Part shown: piece after piece, positions 1 to 8,649 of the stretch
How positions within the stretch are numbered: the stretch's first letter is position 1
Layout of the letters: each line of letters opens with the position of its first letter
The notes under the pieces: model-generated
What the model saw: the letters and a program-made list of their open reading frames with translations, nothing else
The model's database searches: none
Told to the model about the DNA's origin: nothing
Translations under genes and position numbers: made by a program
Source: Desulfurococcales archaeon
GTDB lineage: Archaea; Thermoproteota; Thermoprotei_A; Sulfolobales; NBVN01
Reading direction: 5' to 3'
NCBI GenBank assembly: GCA_015521295.1
Contig: WAOL01000090.1
Location: forward strand, 1-54,086
Length of the DNA: 54,086 nt

Positions 1-1056
1 GAACCCTGTCTTCTTCAGCACCTCAACCTGCGTGCTTGGCTGTGTCAGGTAGTCAATGAGCTTCCAGGCCGCCTTCGGGTTGGGAGCGTTCTTCGGTATG
101 GCTAGGCCAGCAACTACCAGTATGAAGCCCCTGCCCTTCGGGCCCTGAGGCACGGGCACGACCACGAACTGGTTAGGCTCCTGCTCGATAGCGTCCTTAA
201 TCCTTGCGGTGTGGTCCCACGCAATCCAGACCTGGCCCTTGAGCAATGGGTCAGCCATGGCATCCCAAGTCGTGCTGGCTGGGTTCACGTACTGCCAGAG
301 CTCCTTGAGGTACTGCCACATCTTGACAGCATCAGGGCTGTCGAAGTTCTTGACCTGGGCGCCAGTGAATGCTGGGTACAGGTATCCGTGTAGGAACCTC
401 ACGAACAGACCGTGCGGACCTGCCGGGAAGCCCAGTAACTTCTTGCCGGTTTTCTCGTAGAGGTTCTTAGCCCAAGCCAGTAGGGCATCGTAAGTCCACT
501 TACTAGTACCCTTCATGACGTCCTCCTTTGTTAGTCCGGAAGGCAGGTAGTCGAAGGCCTTCTTGTTGATAACCATTACGTAGGTGGCGGTCATCCACGG
601 TATGTATGCTTGAATGCCGTGAAGTTTTGCATAGTTCATTAATACCTTCGGGAACGTCCTGCCGGGTAGGGTACCGAACTTGCTTAGATCCATTAAGTAC
701 CCTTTAGACGCCAGCATGTCGAGGTCGCCGTGGAGGTCGCCGATTACACTTATAGTCACCTTACCTGCCTGCTCCTCTGACGTGACTCTAGTAATCATTT
801 CGGAGTACGACATCCCGACGAACTCCACGTCAATCCCTGTCTTCTTCTTGAAGTCCACCAGCAATGTTCCCTTAACGAAGGACTGCTCCTCAGGAGGCAC
901 CAACTGGGTTGACGCCCAGATTATCTTTGTTGGCCCTCGCTGCTGGGTGTAGTACCAGTAACCTATCCCTGCCGCCACAACAATGACGATTATAGCCACT
1001 ATAGCTCCGGCTGCGGCCTTGCTAATAGCTTTACGTGTATTGCGGGACAATCTCAT
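1..1056 (-). CDS. ABC transporter extracellular solute-binding protein (family 1, sugar type); C-terminus cut by window edge
   Basis: Own translation of the minus strand from the ATG at 1054-1056 gives MRLSRNTRKAISKAAAGAIVAIIVIVVAAGIGYWYYTQQRGPTKIIWASTQLVPPEEQSFVKGTLLVDFKKKTGIDVEFVGMSYSEM... and stays open to position 1. This is absent from the ORF track because no stop lies in the window. An N-terminal membrane anchor is followed by SBP_bac_1-like sequence. Confidence 0.7.
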   Translation of the reverse strand, partial: MRLSRNTRKAISKAAAGAIVAIIVIVVAAGIGYWYYTQQRGPTKIIWASTQLVPPEEQSFVKGTLLVDFKKKTGIDVEFVGMSYSEMITRVTSEEQAGKVTISVIGDLHGDLDMLASKGYLMDLSKFGTLPGRTFPKVLMNYAKLHGIQAYIPWMTATYVMVINKKAFDYLPSGLTKEDVMKGTSKWTYDALLAWAKNLYEKTGKKLLGFPAGPHGLFVRFLHGYLYPAFTGAQVKNFDSPDAVKMWQYLKELWQYVNPASTTWDAMADPLLKGQVWIAWDHTARIKDAIEQEPNQFVVVPVPQGPKGRGFILVVAGLAIPKNAPNPKAAWKLIDYLTQPSTQVEVLKKTGF

Positions 1057-1521
1057 GATGGGTACCTCTTAGGTAGAGAGTCGGGTGCTTAGTATAAATA
1101 TCTTTATATTCACCATTAAAGCGTCAGAAAAAGTAAACATACTTTATTCTATTAACACCTCAAAATAAAGTTAAAACAGGGTTAAAAATTATTACACAGT
1201 AATTCCCCAGACAAAGTCTCTTAACGATTCACGAAAATTAAGCTATTAAGAAGCTAATATCTAGGAATAATTAATGATTAAATTAATCTAAAATTCTAAC
1301 AACTTTTACTGCAGGTATTTCAATGGTTCAGTAAAATAATTATAATGAGTTTAGGTGAAATTAATTCACGTTTATGAGACTAATTAACGAGAGCCATAGA
1401 AGACAACATCATGTTCATGAAATATATTTACTACTTATGGTAGTATTTAGTAAGAATTTTAGGTTAATTCAGTAGCATATATTTACGTTAATTGCTTACT
1501 CTGTTAACATATTTTTATTTA
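1057..1521. other. 465 bp AT-rich non-coding spacer (promoter region of the SBP gene / 3' region of kptA)
   Basis: No ORF longer than about 10 codons on either strand. Base composition is visibly far more AT-rich than the flanking genes. Contains the short palindrome GTGAA-ATTAA-TTCAC near 1355-1370. Confidence 0.5.
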
Positions 1522-2235
1522 CTACGGTAGGGTTCCCTCAATACATTCGGGAGGTACGTACTCAACTACCCACACTGCCTTTGATGCTCTGCGGACGGTT
1601 AAGCCCTTCTTCCTTAGGCAGTCGGCGTTTATCTTTAGGACTACTACGTCGCTACCGTGTCTGCGGCCTGTTTCATACGCGTCCTTGGGGTTTGATGTTA
1701 GGTGTACCCATACCCTTCTTCCGGGGAGTATTCCTTCGCGCCTTATTCTTTGCCATGCTCTCACCGTCGTTCCGTGGTATAGGGTCTTCACGTTCTCGTC
1801 AACAGCGTGTGTTAGGGTTACCTTAATGCTGTGCCCGTACCTTGCCCTTATCTTGTTTCCGCGGATCTCGAACCTTCCTTTAGGGTCTAGTTCGACGACC
1901 GCACGTACGTGGCGCTCAGTTACCCATAAGTATAGTTCCTTATTCCTCCATGCCTTAGTGATGCCCTCAACAAGTTCCTTAAGTGTGACCCACCCCTCCT
2001 TATCTAGCGTGAGCCCGGCTTCATGAGGTATATGTCTGAGGAGGGCACTCATTAACTTGCTTAGAGCCACGCGTTGCCTGTTATTCATTAATGGTTCAGC
2101 CCGTCCAGCGCATTCCTTAGGATTTAAGGTGTACTTAACGTCCACGCTGTTCTCCACGCATGCGTATACGTACTTATCTTCCCCCAATATCACCTCACCC
2201 CGAGCAACAGGAATTCTACTTGCCTTTCCACGCAT
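1522..2235 (-). CDS. kptA: RNA 2'-phosphotransferase (Tpt1/KptA family)
   Basis: LSKLMSALLRHIPHEAGLTLDKEGWVTLKELVEG, ELDPKGRFEIRGNKIRARYGHSI, LYHGTT and VHLT match the Tpt1/KptA layout. A family-typical N-terminus would begin at the internal ATG at 2086-2088 (MNNRQRVALSK). The 49-aa extension up to 2235 is unassigned. Confidence 0.85.
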   Translation of the reverse strand: MRGKASRIPVARGEVILGEDKYVYACVENSVDVKYTLNPKECAGRAEPLMNNRQRVALSKLMSALLRHIPHEAGLTLDKEGWVTLKELVEGITKAWRNKELYLWVTERHVRAVVELDPKGRFEIRGNKIRARYGHSIKVTLTHAVDENVKTLYHGTTVRAWQRIRREGILPGRRVWVHLTSNPKDAYETGRRHGSDVVVLKINADCLRKKGLTVRRASKAVWVVEYVPPECIEGTLP

Positions 2236-2349
2236 GATTTACCGTGATGCTAGCGTGTTGTGCCTTAACCGTATCCAGTTCTATAGGGATAACAGCTCAG
2301 TAAAGAAACCCATCGTTTTGAACAACGTTGAGGGAAAAGGAGTTTTTGG

Positions 2350-4680
2350 TTAGCTTAGTTCAATCGAGGATATAACCTTCATTGTGTTTAGGTCAACACT
2401 CTGTACTAATGTCTGTGAGGTTGCATAAAGGTAATCACCTATGTATAGCGACCTAATGACGTCGAGGTGCTGTATTTTCCCAGCGACGCTGAGTTTGCCG
2501 TCATCGCTTATCCTTACTATGTATAGGTACCCGCTTACCTTACCTTCACCATACACCCTCACGGGTATACATAGGTATCCTTTGTCTGGGTTTATTAGGA
2601 ATGCCTTGTGATCCCATAGCACTCGAGAGGTGCTCCACCCTCCCCGGATTTTAATCACCGATGTTTCCGTTATGTTCTGGGGGTTACTTACGTCGTATAG
2701 GGAGATCTTAAGGCCCTTTACCCTTCCGCTCTCGTCAGCGTCTAGGCCGACACCTATTAGGTAATGGTCCTTGTATGGATGTAGGTACTCGGAGAACCCA
2801 GGCATCTTCACGAACCCTATTACCTTGGGGTTCCTTGGATCACTGAGGTCTATAGCGAAGAGTGGGTCGGTTCTTCTGAATGTCACGAGGTATAAGTACT
2901 TACCCACATACCTAGCGGCGTAGACTCTCTCGCCCGGTTCCACCCCCTCCAACTTACCCACGATCTTGAGGCTGGATGCGTTCAGCACGTATACGTTGTT
3001 TATGTCCTCGTAAACAGGTCTGAGTGTAGGAAACATGTTCTCGGAATACCCGACGATCCTGAATTCCTTTATCACCGTCGCTGTGGTTGCTGCTCTGAAG
3101 TACCCGTCGCGTTCGTCCATAGCAAATTGATCCAGCACCCTTCCGCTGACTTTTGCATGCGCTACCATTGCCGCAGTTAATCCTTCTAGCTTAAGCCTGA
3201 AAATGTGCGTCACTGTTAGCGGTCTTCCAGTGATGTTCTTCTCGAGGTACTCGTACATGCTCGTAAATATCTTGATTAGGTTCTCCTTAGGTGCGTTCCT
3301 CATGTACTCCTCCAACACGTTCCCGGCCTTCGCTAACCTGACGTAAATTGGTAATGACATGTTAGATAGAGTCACATTTATCCTGACGACCACGTCATGT
3401 GGGAGGTTGGGAAACACCGCGTTCTTAATTACATCGAGCATTACTTCGTAGTATGACCACCAGCTTGAGAGCAAGTATATCGACTCCTTACTAACGTATA
3501 CTCTGTCAGGGTAAGGCATGACGTATGCTTTTGCATTGAAAGCCCCATTACTTAGGCTTAGGCCAGCCACGACGACGTACCCATTATTGTAGGGTGTTAT
3601 GTCCTTGAGTGACACGTACATTATCTTGTTAGGCGGCATTACCTTGCCGTTGACGGCTGGAACCACTACTGAGGGTTCTCCTCCTTCCTGACCGTAGAGA
3701 GGTATGATGAAGTCGTTACGAATGACCGTTACTACGTACACCTTACCCCCTATCATCCTGGCGGCCAGTACCCACCCGCTTACGCTGTCCTTGTACTTCA
3801 GGGCTGGTTTCTCGTGGTTGCTCACATCGTAGACTAACACTGTGGTGTTCTGGATCGGCTTAATCACGGGTATTGGAGGTGCGGGTACCCCAGTCGTAGT
3901 TACGGTTACCGTGGTTGTTGCCGGTGTTGAGGACGTTACTGTGTACTTAAGCACCCTGTAATACGTGGAGCTACTGTTAATCACCACTAATTGATTGTTA
4001 TTTATGAATATCCCGTTCACGCTACCCAGCACTTCGACCTTGGACACTAGCTTCATATCGTTAGGTGGGTATGCGAGTATTATGTAGATGGGTGTTCTCT
4101 GAACGTAGATTTCCTTCCCGTTCAGCCGGGTCTTGATGAGGCTCGGTCTTCCAACTAGGTATATGTACCTGCCGTCAGTCTTCACGATGTCAGCTTCATC
4201 TACCCCAGCTACCTGGACGTTCGTGTGTGAGTACTCAGGCGTCGAACCCCCTGTACTGGCCGTAGTGGTGGCTGTTACCGTGGTGACGAGGGGTGTCGTT
4301 GCGAGTGCCGGCACTTTAATCCCTGCCTGAACTATTTCCGCATACACTGCGGTACCACCAAGTGAGTAGTATCGCGTTAAGCCACTACTGACGATGTTCG
4401 CTAGTTCCTCGTAGCTCTTTAAGGGCTTCACGAATGACGCGTCACCTGCGTTGCTTGATGGCTTTGTGCTCGTTGTTGTGGTCATGCCTAGATGAGTATG
4501 AGTTGTCGTTGAGTTACTTAGTGCCACGGTTATACTCGTTGTGGTGGTTGGCGGTAACTGCTTCTGTGTCATAATGGTTAGCAAAGCCGCAAAACCAGCT
4601 AGTAGTATGAGTGCAAGTATGAGTATTGCTGAGAGCTTCCCCGTCCTTAGCTTGGGTTTGGAAAGTACTTTATTCACCAC
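2350..4680 (-). CDS. Membrane-anchored secreted beta-propeller protein (COG4880 / Beta_propel-like) with Thr-rich linkers
   Basis: N-terminal TM anchor (LSAILILALILLAGFAALLTI). Three Thr/Ser-rich stretches. HTNVQVAGVDEADIVKTDGRYIYLV is the hallmark motif of the COG4880 family. The C-terminal half is rich in beta-strand propeller-like repeats. Confidence 0.7.
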   Translation of the reverse strand: MVNKVLSKPKLRTGKLSAILILALILLAGFAALLTIMTQKQLPPTTTTSITVALSNSTTTHTHLGMTTTTSTKPSSNAGDASFVKPLKSYEELANIVSSGLTRYYSLGGTAVYAEIVQAGIKVPALATTPLVTTVTATTTASTGGSTPEYSHTNVQVAGVDEADIVKTDGRYIYLVGRPSLIKTRLNGKEIYVQRTPIYIILAYPPNDMKLVSKVEVLGSVNGIFINNNQLVVINSSSTYYRVLKYTVTSSTPATTTVTVTTTGVPAPPIPVIKPIQNTTVLVYDVSNHEKPALKYKDSVSGWVLAARMIGGKVYVVTVIRNDFIIPLYGQEGGEPSVVVPAVNGKVMPPNKIMYVSLKDITPYNNGYVVVAGLSLSNGAFNAKAYVMPYPDRVYVSKESIYLLSSWWSYYEVMLDVIKNAVFPNLPHDVVVRINVTLSNMSLPIYVRLAKAGNVLEEYMRNAPKENLIKIFTSMYEYLEKNITGRPLTVTHIFRLKLEGLTAAMVAHAKVSGRVLDQFAMDERDGYFRAATTATVIKEFRIVGYSENMFPTLRPVYEDINNVYVLNASSLKIVGKLEGVEPGERVYAARYVGKYLYLVTFRRTDPLFAIDLSDPRNPKVIGFVKMPGFSEYLHPYKDHYLIGVGLDADESGRVKGLKISLYDVSNPQNITETSVIKIRGGWSTSRVLWDHKAFLINPDKGYLCIPVRVYGEGKVSGYLYIVRISDDGKLSVAGKIQHLDVIRSLYIGDYLYATSQTLVQSVDLNTMKVISSIELS

Positions 4681-4776
4681 TGCGTTTCTTCACCGTGGTC
4701 TTACTGAACTCGTTTTAAAAGTACCTTAAGAATAGAACAGCTGTTCGAACATGGTGCGATGTTCTCGAACGCCGGG

Positions 4777-5613
4777 CTAGAAGGCGGGAACGCATTCGGC
4801 TCCCGTGTCAGTGCACGCTTTCCTCACCACATCCCTTACCGACTGGAGCCACGCCTTACTCCTTGCCTTGTTAATCACGTCATTTGGGCTTAGTCCTATG
4901 GTTCTTAGGGCCTGGCTTAACGTCTTAAGTATCTGGGGCTTCAGCCTTAGGGGGTCATGGATTAGTAGTGAGCCCGTATCCGCCGCTAGCTTGGCGACGT
5001 TCCTCACGCTAACGTAGTCGTCATTGACCCCCGGTATTATGGGGCCTAGGAAGAGCCATGTGGTTATTCCTGATGTGGAGAGTTCTCGTAGCGCCTTAGC
5101 CCTTTCTGAGGGTGGGGGCGCGCCCGGCTCTATGACGGCTGCCATCTCGTCTCTCAGCGTTGTTATCGTTAATCCTACCTCGACGCGGTCCCGCCATCGC
5201 TTTAGGATGTCGATGTCCCTAAGTACTAGAGGCGACTTCGTCTGTAGGTCGACCTTGAAGCCTGCTCGGAGTAGGATCTTCAGTGATTCTCTGCTGAGGT
5301 GTTGGGACGCTTCGATCGGTTGGTACGGGTCCGTTATGGTTGCTAGGCCCACCACGCCTGGCTTGAGCCTGCCCACATCCTTGATCAGCGCGTCTATTAA
5401 GTTGACACGTATCTTGACTACCGAGCCCCACTCCCTAGCTACTTCAGCATCCTTCACGTATGCGCGGGCGTAGCAGTAGGTGCATCCGTGCGCGCACCCT
5501 ACGTAAGGGTTTAACGCGTAGTCTATGTCTGGGAGGCCTGAAGGGGTTAATGCCCTGGACGTCTTGGTGAATGAGTACCTGATGAAGGTGAGCTTAGTTG
5601 TACTTAATCGCAT
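4777..5613 (-). CDS. Radical SAM protein, SplB / DNA-photolyase-like family (COG1533)
   Basis: ALNPYVGCAHGCTYCYARAY carries the CxxxCxxC cluster motif in the context typical of COG1533. Its start overlaps the nreA stop by 20 nt. Confidence 0.75.
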   Translation of the reverse strand: MRLSTTKLTFIRYSFTKTSRALTPSGLPDIDYALNPYVGCAHGCTYCYARAYVKDAEVAREWGSVVKIRVNLIDALIKDVGRLKPGVVGLATITDPYQPIEASQHLSRESLKILLRAGFKVDLQTKSPLVLRDIDILKRWRDRVEVGLTITTLRDEMAAVIEPGAPPPSERAKALRELSTSGITTWLFLGPIIPGVNDDYVSVRNVAKLAADTGSLLIHDPLRLKPQILKTLSQALRTIGLSPNDVINKARSKAWLQSVRDVVRKACTDTGAECVPAF

Positions 5614-6844
5614 ATTCGTCGAGCCTCCTATTCCTTAGTAACTTACTCAGTATGACTGATCTCCTAACCCACACGTTGAGGGGCACCTTAGTTAAGTTCT
5701 TAATGTCACGCAGTAGTTCCTCTAGGCTTGAGAAGCGTTTAGGCTTGCCCCGGAACAGTGCCCGGAGGTTCTCCCTAACATACCACACACCTATGGGGAG
5801 GTTGAAGCCAGGGTAGATTTCCCGGTATAGTACAGCCATTCCCTTCCTCCGTGTGCGGAGCATGAATTCCGCCGTGGCTAGCCTGGCGGCGTAGTAGCAT
5901 CCGCCTATTGATGCGTACTCGCTTCTGCCGCCGGGTCCCTCCCAGTCGCCCTCTAAGCTGACTGTAATTCCATTGGGGTTCCATGTGGAGCCGGGGAACC
6001 ATGCCTCCATCCACTCGAAGCTCCATTGACCTGGAATTATTATCGCTATGAATAGGTTCCTTGCATGCTCCCTGATGAAGAGGAGGTACTCGCCGAATTC
6101 GGGCAATTCCTTAACGATCCTGACTAAGTGCCTTGACACGGTATCGTCAACAGCCGTTATCGCCCAGCGTGTCGGCACTAAACGCCTCCTCCTGCCAGTA
6201 CCTAACGCCCCGACCGACAAAGCCTTCTGTATGCTTGACACGGGTAAACCGCTCCTGTACAACTCGATAATGGCGTCCGTAGCCTTTAGGTCTGTGTCGT
6301 AGTACGCCCTGCTCAGCGGTTTCGGGAAACGCGCATTACCCACAACCCTGAACCGCTTGGCGGGAGCCCTAGGCCCCATGGGCGGGGTTTCAGGGGCTAG
6401 GAGAGGCTCGGGTCTTGGAGGCCTAAGGAACTCCACCTCTATTTCCACAGGCTTCTCGGAGAGTGCCACTTCCTGGACCTTCATTACGGTGGGGGACCAG
6501 GCATTCTCCACGTTAACTACTCCGTAGCCCCTGACTAAGGACAGCCTCATCGCTAAGACATCCTCTAGCTTAAGGTTGAGCCACGCTTCAGGTAGGTCAT
6601 ACGTGGAGGTGTCACCCCTTAAGGGCGGCGCAGACGGACCTAACGCGACCTTAGGGTACCCGAACCTACCCACGAAAACCGATGGGGGTGAGGACCCAAG
6701 TAACGAGTCCTTAGGGAGTCTTGAGGGTGCCTTAAGCACCGATAAGGTAACCGCTGCCCTAGCCCTAGCAAGTATAGGGCAGTAAGGCTTACCGCACAAG
6801 TACTTAGCACCCCTGCACAGGAGGCAGATGCTGGCGCTCACCAT
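5594..6844 (-). CDS. nreA: Nre-family archaeal DNA repair protein (NreA-like, DUF650/DUF651)
   Basis: The N-terminal Cys cluster CLLCRGAKYLCGKPYCPIL, the ~415 aa size, and the GGCYYAARLA region are as I remember for Nre_N/Nre_C proteins. Call is from memory, not from a search. Confidence 0.65.
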   Translation of the reverse strand: MVSASICLLCRGAKYLCGKPYCPILARARAAVTLSVLKAPSRLPKDSLLGSSPPSVFVGRFGYPKVALGPSAPPLRGDTSTYDLPEAWLNLKLEDVLAMRLSLVRGYGVVNVENAWSPTVMKVQEVALSEKPVEIEVEFLRPPRPEPLLAPETPPMGPRAPAKRFRVVGNARFPKPLSRAYYDTDLKATDAIIELYRSGLPVSSIQKALSVGALGTGRRRRLVPTRWAITAVDDTVSRHLVRIVKELPEFGEYLLFIREHARNLFIAIIIPGQWSFEWMEAWFPGSTWNPNGITVSLEGDWEGPGGRSEYASIGGCYYAARLATAEFMLRTRRKGMAVLYREIYPGFNLPIGVWYVRENLRALFRGKPKRFSSLEELLRDIKNLTKVPLNVWVRRSVILSKLLRNRRLDEYAIKYN

Positions 6845-6890
6845 GACCCAGTACCGCTCCCTGAGTAGTACTTGGTTAGGGGAGAAATAA

Positions 6891-6989
6891 GAGCGCGTTT
6901 TCCCTTCTCACGGTGCTTCGGGGGTAGTCCTTTGTAGTTTAATTGGCTTTGCTCGCATCTCATGGACTCGGTCGAGGGAAAACACGCTC
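6891..6989. repeat. Long-range inverted repeat (15 bp, one mismatch) enclosing ~69 nt; candidate structured RNA or protein-binding site
   Basis: 6891-6905 GAGCGCGTTTTCCCT pairs with 6975-6989 AGGGAAAACACGCTC. An inner helper pair AGTCC (6926-6930) / GGACT (6964-6968) is also present. The element lies in the 320 nt gap between the ferredoxin stop and the nreA start. Confidence 0.5.
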
Positions 6990-7164
6990 CTCCCATCTGA
7001 GGGCGTTGCCTCACCGCAAAGCAGATCATCAGACCCACACGTCCACTGCCCTCACTAATGCCTAAAAGCTACCTTGAAAAACTCGTTGAAGCAGAACAGT
7101 CTCAACACACGATAGGGAAGTTATGAGGGAAAAAGAGAGTAATGTTTGGGCGTCGCTAAGTACC

Positions 7165-7347
7165 TTAATCCTGCACTGTTATGGCGCCCTCTGGGCAGAC
7201 GGATTCACAGACTCTGCAGCCGATGCAGGCGTCCGGGTTCACTACTTTCGCCTTACCTCCCTGAATCTCAAGCACTCCCTGAGGACAAGATGACGCGCAG
7301 GTTCCGCATCCAGTACACTTTGCCTCATCCACTATAGGCTTAGGCAT
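7165..7347 (-). CDS. 2x[4Fe-4S] ferredoxin
   Basis: A 60-aa protein with two CxxCxxCxxxCP motifs (CTGCGTCASSCP, CIGCRVCESVCP). Confidence 0.9.
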   Translation of the reverse strand: MPKPIVDEAKCTGCGTCASSCPQGVLEIQGGKAKVVNPDACIGCRVCESVCPEGAITVQD

Positions 7348-7392
7348 TCTTCACACCTCTGACACGGGTCTTCGTCATCTAGTACATGGTGC

Positions 7393-7399
7393 ATATAAA
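7393..7399 (-). promoter_or_regulatory. Candidate TATA box for the ferredoxin gene
   Basis: Minus strand reads ATTTATTTATATGC about 46 nt upstream of the ATG. A GAGGTG SD-like motif lies 6-11 nt upstream of the ATG. Confidence 0.35.
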
Positions 7400-7473
7400 T
7401 AAATGTCTTACTACGACCCCTACACTTAAAACAATTTTAACTACATTCCCGTAAAACATACACACGATAATAC

Positions 7474-8649
7474 TCAACCACTAGAAAGCAATAATATTAC
7501 ACGTAGCACCTCCTCCCTAACTTGTTTATCACTGAGGACCTCAACCATTAACTTACGGGCTGTGCTTTCCCTTCCCTTAGCTAAGGCCTCACATACCTTC
7601 TTTAGGTCTGCATGCGTGACCATATCCTTAATGCAGGCCTGCCTTATCACGGTAATCCATGCAGGACCGGGCCCACCTAACTTAAACTCGCGTGCGGACT
7701 CAGGTATTCTGACCTCCCCATAACTCTTGAGTGTGTGTAATGCAGTATTAATTACGTAAGCTACGAGCACCAATGCTATGACGCCCACCGCAAAGGTCGT
7801 AGCTAAGGGGGCTTCACGGTAGGAACTCATGAGTACGTAGTAGTATCGATAGGGATTAATGATGGCCGCCACTACCTTCGGAGCGGGTTGCCCACTACCT
7901 AGGAGTTCAGATAGGCTCTCAGGTCTTAACACGTAGGGCTTAGCGTCGATAATAGATACTGACGCGTTACCGGCATCGGCTTTGAGGAGAGTGAGTAGCC
8001 TTACGTAAGGGTTCAGGTCACTTGGCGGGGTTAGCGCCGCGTTGGTGAATATTGTTCCGTCACCAAATACGTAGGCAGTCACCGCCCCTCTATACACGGC
8101 GGCCACAGGTATGTCCCCGGCAGCAGCTATGACCTTGGCGTCACCCCACACCTTGAGGGGTGATGCGTAGGCGAATTCCACGCTCACGCTCTCCCCGTGT
8201 ATTTTGACAGGTGCCACGAATGTTGGTGACCCATTAACTAGGAGTACCTTGCCCTCAACCCGTATAGGTACTTCAAGCTCCTCGAGGACAGCGTTGCTGT
8301 ACACGCCCTCATCAGCTATGACGAGGACGTAACCCTCCCTAACGAGCTTGCAGATCCTCTCAACCTCCTGCCTGCTGAGGGGCTTCGTAGGGGAAATCAA
8401 GAACACAATCCCCTTACCCCTCGGGAGTACCGCGTGCTCCCAGTCCAAGACTATTATGGTTCTCATCGATAAGTTACTGGTTAGGATGTTAGTCAGCGCC
8501 GACGTACCGTCCCACCTACTATTGAGTGGGGAAGCCCCAACATACGTTAGGCCTGTAGTGTTCGGTTCCAGCATCAACGCTAACAGGAACGCCGCAACAA
8601 GCAACAGGAGTGTGAACCTTTCTCTACCTTCCGTGGCGACCCACCTCAA
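7474..8649 (-). CDS. Membrane-anchored protein, DUF4350-like (assigned mainly by context in the MoxR/DUF58 neighbourhood)
   Basis: N-terminal TM, large extracytoplasmic domain, second TM (FAVGVIALVLVAYVI) and a short cytoplasmic tail. It is the last gene of a four-gene overlapping operon. Confidence 0.45.
   Translation of the reverse strand: MRWVATEGRERFTLLLLVAAFLLALMLEPNTTGLTYVGASPLNSRWDGTSALTNILTSNLSMRTIIVLDWEHAVLPRGKGIVFLISPTKPLSRQEVERICKLVREGYVLVIADEGVYSNAVLEELEVPIRVEGKVLLVNGSPTFVAPVKIHGESVSVEFAYASPLKVWGDAKVIAAAGDIPVAAVYRGAVTAYVFGDGTIFTNAALTPPSDLNPYVRLLTLLKADAGNASVSIIDAKPYVLRPESLSELLGSGQPAPKVVAAIINPYRYYYVLMSSYREAPLATTFAVGVIALVLVAYVINTALHTLKSYGEVRIPESAREFKLGGPGPAWITVIRQACIKDMVTHADLKKVCEALAKGRESTARKLMVEVLSDKQVREEVLRVILLLSSG

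Noticed and set aside
1057-1521. Replication origin or CRISPR leader/array hypothesis for the AT-rich island.
   Set aside because: I could see no ORB/mini-ORB-like repeats, no orc1/cdc6 gene nearby, no regularly spaced direct repeats, and no cas genes anywhere in the window.
6838-7038. A 66-aa minus-strand ORF in the ferredoxin-nreA gap.
   Set aside because: It overlaps the nreA start, has an odd composition (MGLMICFAVRQRPQMGGACFPSTESMRCEQ...) and no motif. The region is better explained by the inverted repeat / possible RNA element.
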